This document shows positions 57,101 through 64,000 of a stretch of DNA of 64,000 bases, piece by piece. The stretch's first letter is position 1; the number at the start of each line of letters is the position of its first letter. Below the pieces are notes generated by a model. It saw nothing but the letters and a program-made list of their open reading frames with translations. It had not been told where the DNA came from and ran no database searches. Both the position numbers and the translations under genes were made by a program. Location: contig CP060773.1 in the NCBI GenBank assembly GCA_023205875.1, positions 248,001 to 312,000 on the forward strand, given 5' to 3'. The DNA is from Chloropicon primus. Taxonomy: Eukaryota.

Positions 57101-60100
57101 ACTTGTCCGAGTCCATCGTCAAACCACCATTCAACACAGTGGCGCCAGTAACAGTAGTGTCACCAGTAACACCCAAGGTACCAGCGATGGCAGTATTACC
57201 AGTGTTATCAGCCACGGTAAACTTGTCCGAGTCCATCGTCAAACCACCATTCAACACAGTGGCACCAGTCGTTGTCAACGTACCAGCGATGGCAGTATTA
57301 CCAGAGCCATCAGCCACGGTAAACTTGTCCGAGTCCATCGTCAAACCACCATTCAACACAGTGGCGCCAGTAACAGTAGTGTCACCAGTAACACCCAAGG
57401 TACCAGCGATGGCAGTATTACCAGAGCCATCAGCCACGGTAAACTTGTCCGAGTCCATCGTCAAACCACCATTCAACACAGTGGCGCCAGTAACAGTAGT
57501 GTCACCAGTAACACCCAAGGTACCAGCGATGGCAGTATTACCAGTGTTATCAGCCACGGTAAACTTGTCCGAGTCCATCGTCAAACCACCATTCAACACA
57601 GTGGCACCAGTAACAGTGATAGCACCAGTAACACCCAAGGTACCAGCGATGGCAGTATTACCAGAGTCGTCAGCCACGGTAAACTTGTCCGAGTCCATTG
57701 TCAAACCACCATTCAACACAGTGGCGCCAGTAACAGTAGTGTCACCAGTAACACCCAAGGTACCAGCGATGGCAGTATTACCAGAGTCGTCAGCCACGGT
57801 AAACTTGTCCGAGTCCATCGTCAAACCACCATTCAACACAGTGGCGCCAGTAACAGTAGTGTCACCAGTAACACCCAAGGTACCAGCGATGGCAGTATTA
57901 CCAGAGTCATCAGCCACGGTAAACTTGTCCGAGTCCATTGTCAAACCACCATTCAACACAGTGGCGCCAGTAACAGTGGTGTCACCAGTAACACCCAAGG
58001 TACCAGCGATGGCAGTATTACCAGAGTCGTCAGCCACGGTAAACTTGTCCGAGTCCATCGTCAAACCACCATTCAACACAGTGGCGCCAGTAACAGTAGT
58101 GTCACCAGTAACACCCAAGGTACCAGCGATGGCAGTATTACCAGTGTTATCAGCCACGGTAAACTTGTCCGAGTCCATCGTCAAACCACCATTCAACACA
58201 GTGGCACCAGTAACAGTAGTGTCACCAGTAACACCCAAGGTACCAGCGATGGCAGTATTACCAGAGTCATCAGCCACGGTAAACTTGTCCGAGTCCATCG
58301 TCAAACCACCATTCAACACAGTGGCGCCAGTAACAGTAGTGTCACCAGTAACACCCAAGGTACCAGCGATGGCAGTATTGCCAGTGTTATCAGCCACGGT
58401 AAACTTGTCCGAGTCCATCGTCAAACCACCATTCAACACAGTGGCACCAGTCGTTGTCAACGTACCAGCGATGGCAGTATTACCAGTGTTATCAGCCACG
58501 GTAAACTTGTCCGAGTCCATCGTCAAACCACCATTCAACACAGTGGCACCAGTAACAGTAGTGTCACCAGTAACACCCAAGGTACCAGCGATGGCAGTAT
58601 TACCAGAGCCATCAGCCACGGTAAACTTGTCCGAGTCCATCGTCAAACCACCATTCAACACAGTGGCACCAGTCATTGTCAACGTACCAGCGATGGCAGT
58701 ATTACCAGTCTTATCAGCCACGGTAAACTTGTCCGAGTCCATCGTCAAACCACCATTCAACACAGTGGCACCAGTCGTTGTCAACGTACCAGCGATTGCA
58801 GTATTACCAGAGCCATCAGCCACGGTAAACTTGTCCGAGTCCATTGTCAAACCACCATTCAACACAGTGGCGCCAGTAACAGTAGTGTCACCAGTAACAC
58901 CCAAGGTACCAGCGATGGCAGTATTACCAGTGTTATCAGCCACGGTAAACTTGTCCGAGTCCATCGTCAAACCACCATTCAACACAGTGGCACCAGTAAC
59001 AGTAGTGTCACCAGTAACACCCAAGGTACCAGCGATGGCAGTATTACCAGTGTTATCAGCCACGGTAAACTTGTCCGAGTCCATCGTCAAACCACCATTC
59101 AACACAGTGGCACCAGTAACAGTGATAGCACCAGTAACACCCAAGGTACCAGCGATGGCAGTATTACCAGAGCCATCAGCCACGGTAAACTTGTCCGAGT
59201 CCATCGTCAAACCGCTATTCAACACAGTGGCGCCAGTAACAGTGGTGTCACCAGTAACACCCAAGGTACCAGCGATGGCAGTATTACCAGAGCCATCAGC
59301 CACGGTAAACTTGTCCGAGTCCATCGTCAAACCACCATTCAACACAGTGGCACCAGTAACAGTAGTGTCACCAGTAACACCCAAGGTACCAGCGATGGCA
59401 GTATTACCAGAGCCATCAGCCACGGTAAACTTGTCCGAGTCCATCGTCAAACCACCATTCAACACAGTGGCACCAGTCGTTGTCAACGTACCAGCGATGG
59501 CAGTATTACCAGAGCCATCAGCCACGGTAAACTTGTCCGAGTCCATCGTCAAACCACCATTCAACACAGTGGCGCCAGTAACAGTAGTGTCACCAGTAAC
59601 ACCCAAGGTACCAGCGATGGCAGTATTACCAGAGTCATCAGCCACGGTAAACTTGTCCGAGTCCATCGTCAAACCACCATTCAACACAGTGGCGCCAGTA
59701 ACAGTAGTGTCACCAGTAACACCCAAGGTACCAGCGATGGCAGTATTACCAGAGTCATCAGCCACGGTAAACTTGTCCGAGTCCATCGTCAAACCACCAT
59801 TCAACACAGTGGCGCCAGTAACAGTAGTGTCACCAGTAACACCCAAGGTACCAGCGATGGCAGTATTACCAGTGTTATCAGCCACGGTAAACTTGTCCGA
59901 GTCCATCGTCAAACCACCATTCAACACAGTGGCACCAGTCGTTGTCAACGTACCAGCGATGGCAGTATTACCAGAGCCATCAGCCACGGTAAACTTGTCC
60001 GAGTCCATCGTCAAACCACCATTCAACACAGTGGCACCAGTAACAGTAGTGTCACCAGTAACACCCAAGGTACCAGCGATGGCAGTATTACCAGAGTCAT

Positions 60101-63100
60101 CAGCCACGGTAAACTTGTCCGAGTCCATCGTCAAACCACCATTCAACACAGTGGCACCAGTCATTGTCAACGTACCAGCGATGGCAGTATTACCAGTGTT
60201 ATCAGCCACGGTAAACTTGTCCGAGTCCATCGTCAAACCACCATTCAACACAGTGGCACCAGTCGTTGTCAACGTACCAGCGATGGCAGTATTACCAGAG
60301 CCATCAGCCACGGTAAACTTGTCCGAGTCCATCGTCAAACCACCATTCAACACAGTGGCGCCAGTAACAGTAGTGTCACCAGTAACACCCAAGGTACCAG
60401 CGATGGCAGTATTACCAGTGTTATCAGCCACGGTAAACTTGTCCGAGTCCATCGTCAAACCACCATTCAACACAGTGGCACCAGTCGTTGTCAACGTACC
60501 AGCGATGGCAGTATTACCAGAGCCATCAGCCACGGTAAACTTGTCCGAGTCCATCGTCAAACCACCATTCAACACAGTGGCACCAGTAACAGTAGTGTCA
60601 CCAGTAACACCCAAGGTACCAGCGATGGCAGTATTACCAGAGCCATCAGCCACGGTAAACTTGTCCGAGTCCATCGTCAAACCACCATTCAACACAGTGG
60701 CGCCAGTAACAGTAGTGTCACCAGTAACACCCAAGGTACCAGCGATGGCAGTATTACCAGAGCCATCAGCCACGGTAAACTTGTCCGAGTCCATCGTCAA
60801 ACCACCATTCAACACAGTGGCACCAGTAACAGTAGTGTCACCACACCCAAGGTACCAGCGATGGCAGTATTACCAGTGTTATCAGCCACGGTAAACTTGT
60901 CCGAGTCCATCGTCAAACCACCATTCAACACAGTGGCACCAGTCGTTGTCAACGTACCAGCGATGGCAGTATTACCAGAGCCATCAGCCACGGTAAACTT
61001 GTCCGAGTCCATCGTCAAACCACCATTCAACACAGTGGCGCCAGTAACAGTAGTGTCACCAGTAACACCCAAGGTACCAGCGATGGCAGTATTACCAGAG
61101 CCATCAGCCACGGTAAACTTGTCCGAGTCCATCGTCAAACCACCATTCAACACAGTGGCGCCAGTAACAGTAGTGTCACCAGTAACACCCAAGGTACCAG
61201 CGATGGCAGTATTACCAGAGTCATCAGCCACGGTAAACTTGTCCGAGTCCATCGTCAAACCACCATTCAACACAGTGGCGCCAGTAACAGTAGTGTCACC
61301 AGTAACACCCAAGGTACCAGCGATGGCAGTATTACCAGAGTCATCAGCCACGGTAAACTTGTCCGAGTCCATCGTCAAACCACCATTCAACACAGTGGCA
61401 CCAGTAACAGTAGTGTCACCAGTAACACCCAAGGTACCAGCGATGGCAGTATTACCAGAGTTATCAGCCACGGTAAACTTGTCCGAGTCCATCGTCAAAC
61501 CACCATTCAACACAGTGGCACCAGTCGTTGTCAACGTACCAGCGATGGCAGTATTACCAGAGCCATCAGCCACGGTAAACTTGTCCGAGTCCATCGTCAA
61601 ACCACCATTCAACACAGTGGCACCAGTAACAGTAGTGTCACCAGTAACACCCAAGGTACCAGCGATGGCAGTATTACCAGAGCCATCAGCCACGGTAAAC
61701 TTGTCCGAGTCCATCGTCAAACCACCATTCAACACAGTGGCACCAGTAACAGTAGTGTCACCACGTACCAGCGATGGCAGTATTACCAGTGTTATCAGCC
61801 ACGGTAAACTTGTCCGAGTCCATCGTCAAACCACCATTCAACACAGTGGCACCAGTCGTTGTCAACGTACCAGCGATGGCAGTATTACCAGAGCCATCAG
61901 CCACGGTAAACTTGTCCGAGTCCATCGTCAAACCACCATTCAACACAGTGGCGCCAGTAACAGTAGTGTCACCAGTAACACCCAAGGTACCAGCGATGGC
62001 AGTATTACCAGAGCCATCAGCCACGGTAAACTTGTCCGAGTCCATCGTCAAACCACCATTCAACACAGTGGCACCAGTAACAGTAGTGTCACCAGTAACA
62101 CCCAAGGTACCAGCGATGGCAGTATTACCAGAGTCATCAGCCACGGTAAACTTGTCCGAGTCCATCGTCAAACCACCATTCAACACAGTGGCGCCAGTAA
62201 CAGTAGTGTCACCAGTAACACCCAAGGTACCAGCGATGGCAGTATTACCAGTGTTATCAGCCACGGTAAACTTGTCCGAGTCCATCGTCAAACCACCATT
62301 CAACACAGTGGCACCAGTCGTTGTCAACGTACCAGCGATGGCAGTATTACCAGAGCCATCAGCCACGGTAAACTTGTCCGAGTCCATCGTCAAACCACCA
62401 TTCAACACAGTGGCGCCAGTAACAGTAGTGTCACCAGTAACACCCAAGGTACCAGCGATGGCAGTATTACCAGAGTCATCAGCCACGGTAAACTTGTCCG
62501 AGTCCATCGTCAAACCACCATTCAACACAGTGGCACCAGTCGTTGTCAACGTACCAGCGATGGCAGTATTACCAGAGTCATCAGCCACGGTAAACTTGTC
62601 CGAGTCCATCGTCAAACCACCATTCAACACAGTGGCGCCAGTAACAGTAGTGTCACCAGTAACACCCAAGGTACCAGCGATGGCAGTATTACCAGAGTCA
62701 TCAGCCACGGTAAACTTGTCCGAGTCCATCGTCAAACCACCATTCAACACAGTGGCGCCAGTAACAGTAGTGTCACCAGTAACACCCAAGGTACCAGCGA
62801 TGGCAGTATTACCAGAGTTATCAGCCACGGTAAACTTGTCCGAGTCCATCGTCAAACCACCATTCAACACAGTGGCACCAGTAACAGTAGTGTCACCAGT
62901 AACACCCAAGGTACCAGCGATGGCAGTATTACCAGAGTCATCAGCCACGGTAAACTTGTCCGAGTCCATCGTCAAACCACCATTCAACACAGTGGCGCCA
63001 GTAACAGTAGTGTCACCAGTAACACCCAAGGTACCAGCGATGGCAGTATTACCAGAGTTATCAGCCACGGTAAACTTGTCCGAGTCCATCGTCAAACCAC

Positions 63101-64000
63101 CATTCAACACAGTGGCACCAGTCGTTGTCAACGTACCAGCGATGGCAGTATTACCAGAGCCATCAGCCACGGTAAACTTGTCCGAGTCCATCGTCAAACC
63201 ACCATTCAACACAGTGGCGCCAGTAACAGTAGTGTCACCAGTAACACCCAAGGTACCAGCGATGGCAGTATTACCAGAGTCATCAGCCACGGTAAACTTG
63301 TCCGAGTCCATCGTCAAACCACCATTCAACACAGTGGCACCAGTCAGTTGTCAACGTACCAGCGATGGCAGTATTACCAGAGTCATCAGCCACGGTAAAC
63401 TTGTCCGAGTCCATCGTCAAACCACCATTCAACACAGTGGCACCAGTAACGTTGTCAACGTACCAGCGATGGCAGTATTACCAGAGCCATCAGCCACGGT
63501 AAACTTGTCCGAGTCCATCGTCAAACCACCATTCAACACAGTGGCGCCAGTAACAGTAGTGTCACCAGTAACACCCAAGGTACCAGCGATGGCAGTATTA
63601 CCAGAGTCATCAGCCACGGTAAACTTGTCCGAGTCCATCGTCAAACCACCATTCAACACAGTGGCGCCAGTAACAGTAGTGTCACCAGTAACACCCAAGG
63701 TACCAGCGATGGCAGTATTACCAGAGTCATCAGCCACGGTAAACTTGTCCGAGTCCATCGTCAAACCACCATTCAACACAGTGGCGCCAGTAACAGTAGT
63801 GTCACCAGTAACACCCAAGGTACCAGCGATGGCAGTATTACCAGAGTCATCAGCCACGGTAAACTTGTCCGAGTCCATCGTCAAACCACCATTCAACACA
63901 GTGGCACCAGTCAGTTGTCAACGTACCAGCGATGGCAGTATTACCAGAGTCATCAGCCACGGTAAACTTGTCCGAGTCCATCGTCAAACCACCATTCAAC
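51171..64000 (-). CDS. Giant tandem-repeat protein (>4000 aa; 5' end lies beyond the window), with frame breaks near 60843, 61763, 63346, 63450 and 63913
   Basis: 3214-aa open frame plus upstream ORFs with the same repeat, TGATVLNGGLTMDSDKFTVAD(D/G/N)(S/T)GNTAIAGTL(GVTGDTTV|TT), and a unique ~160-aa Ser/Cys-rich C-terminus. Confidence 0.85.
51650..64000. repeat. Coding tandem array of mixed 120-bp and 102-bp units (roughly 105-110 units in the window)
   Basis: Near-invariant core gtaccagcgatggcagtattacca...tcagccacggtaaacttgtccgagtccatcgtcaaaccaccattcaacacagtggc, with two linker lengths. Confidence 0.98.

Noticed and set aside
51577..63398. Very long + strand ORFs (3105 aa and 845 aa)
   Set aside because: These are antisense shadows of the repeat gene. 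A unit with no stop in that frame stays open across all copies, and the unique terminal domain is on the minus strand.
51650..64000. CRISPR-like array (constant core plus variable linker)
   Set aside because: The linkers are a few recurring variants and not unique spacers, the units are multiples of 3 and coding, and no cas genes are present.

Overview
Gene-dense eukaryotic nuclear DNA with short spliceosomal introns and plastid-type enzymes. It is most consistent with a compact picoplanktonic green alga (inference). About 20 protein-coding genes are supported: SufE-quinolinate synthase (nadA), SPCS1 (three exons, not recovered by the ORF track), a TPR protein, L-aspartate oxidase (nadB), TRAP-beta, a GT2 glycosyltransferase, adenylate kinase, TMEM18, spermidine synthase, a nitronate monooxygenase-like protein, a Pro-rich membrane protein, a DnaJ protein, an ABCA transporter, a TM-LRR protein, a DCAF8-like WD40 protein, U2AF35, a DUF1118-like protein, RNase Z, a CotH kinase and an unknown multi-TM protein. 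Four things stand out. (1) nadA and nadB lie about 5 kb apart and share a leader peptide, W-x-W-N-K-K-[FY]-G-V-Q. It is the in-frame N-terminus of nadA and a separate 20-aa uORF upstream of nadB, and it is conserved through synonymous changes. This is a candidate shared translational control element for NAD synthesis. (2) A Fanzor2/IS607-type TnpB-like RNA-guided nuclease locus has an intact RuvC motif set, a split Lys-rich N-terminus and a structured downstream candidate omegaRNA. (3) A gene of more than 12 kb, built from 34/40-aa beta-rich repeats, runs off the right edge. (4) A recurrent intergenic motif, GAYCTTTCCA..GRTACC, precedes several + strand genes. Exon boundaries were read by eye and no database searches were run.
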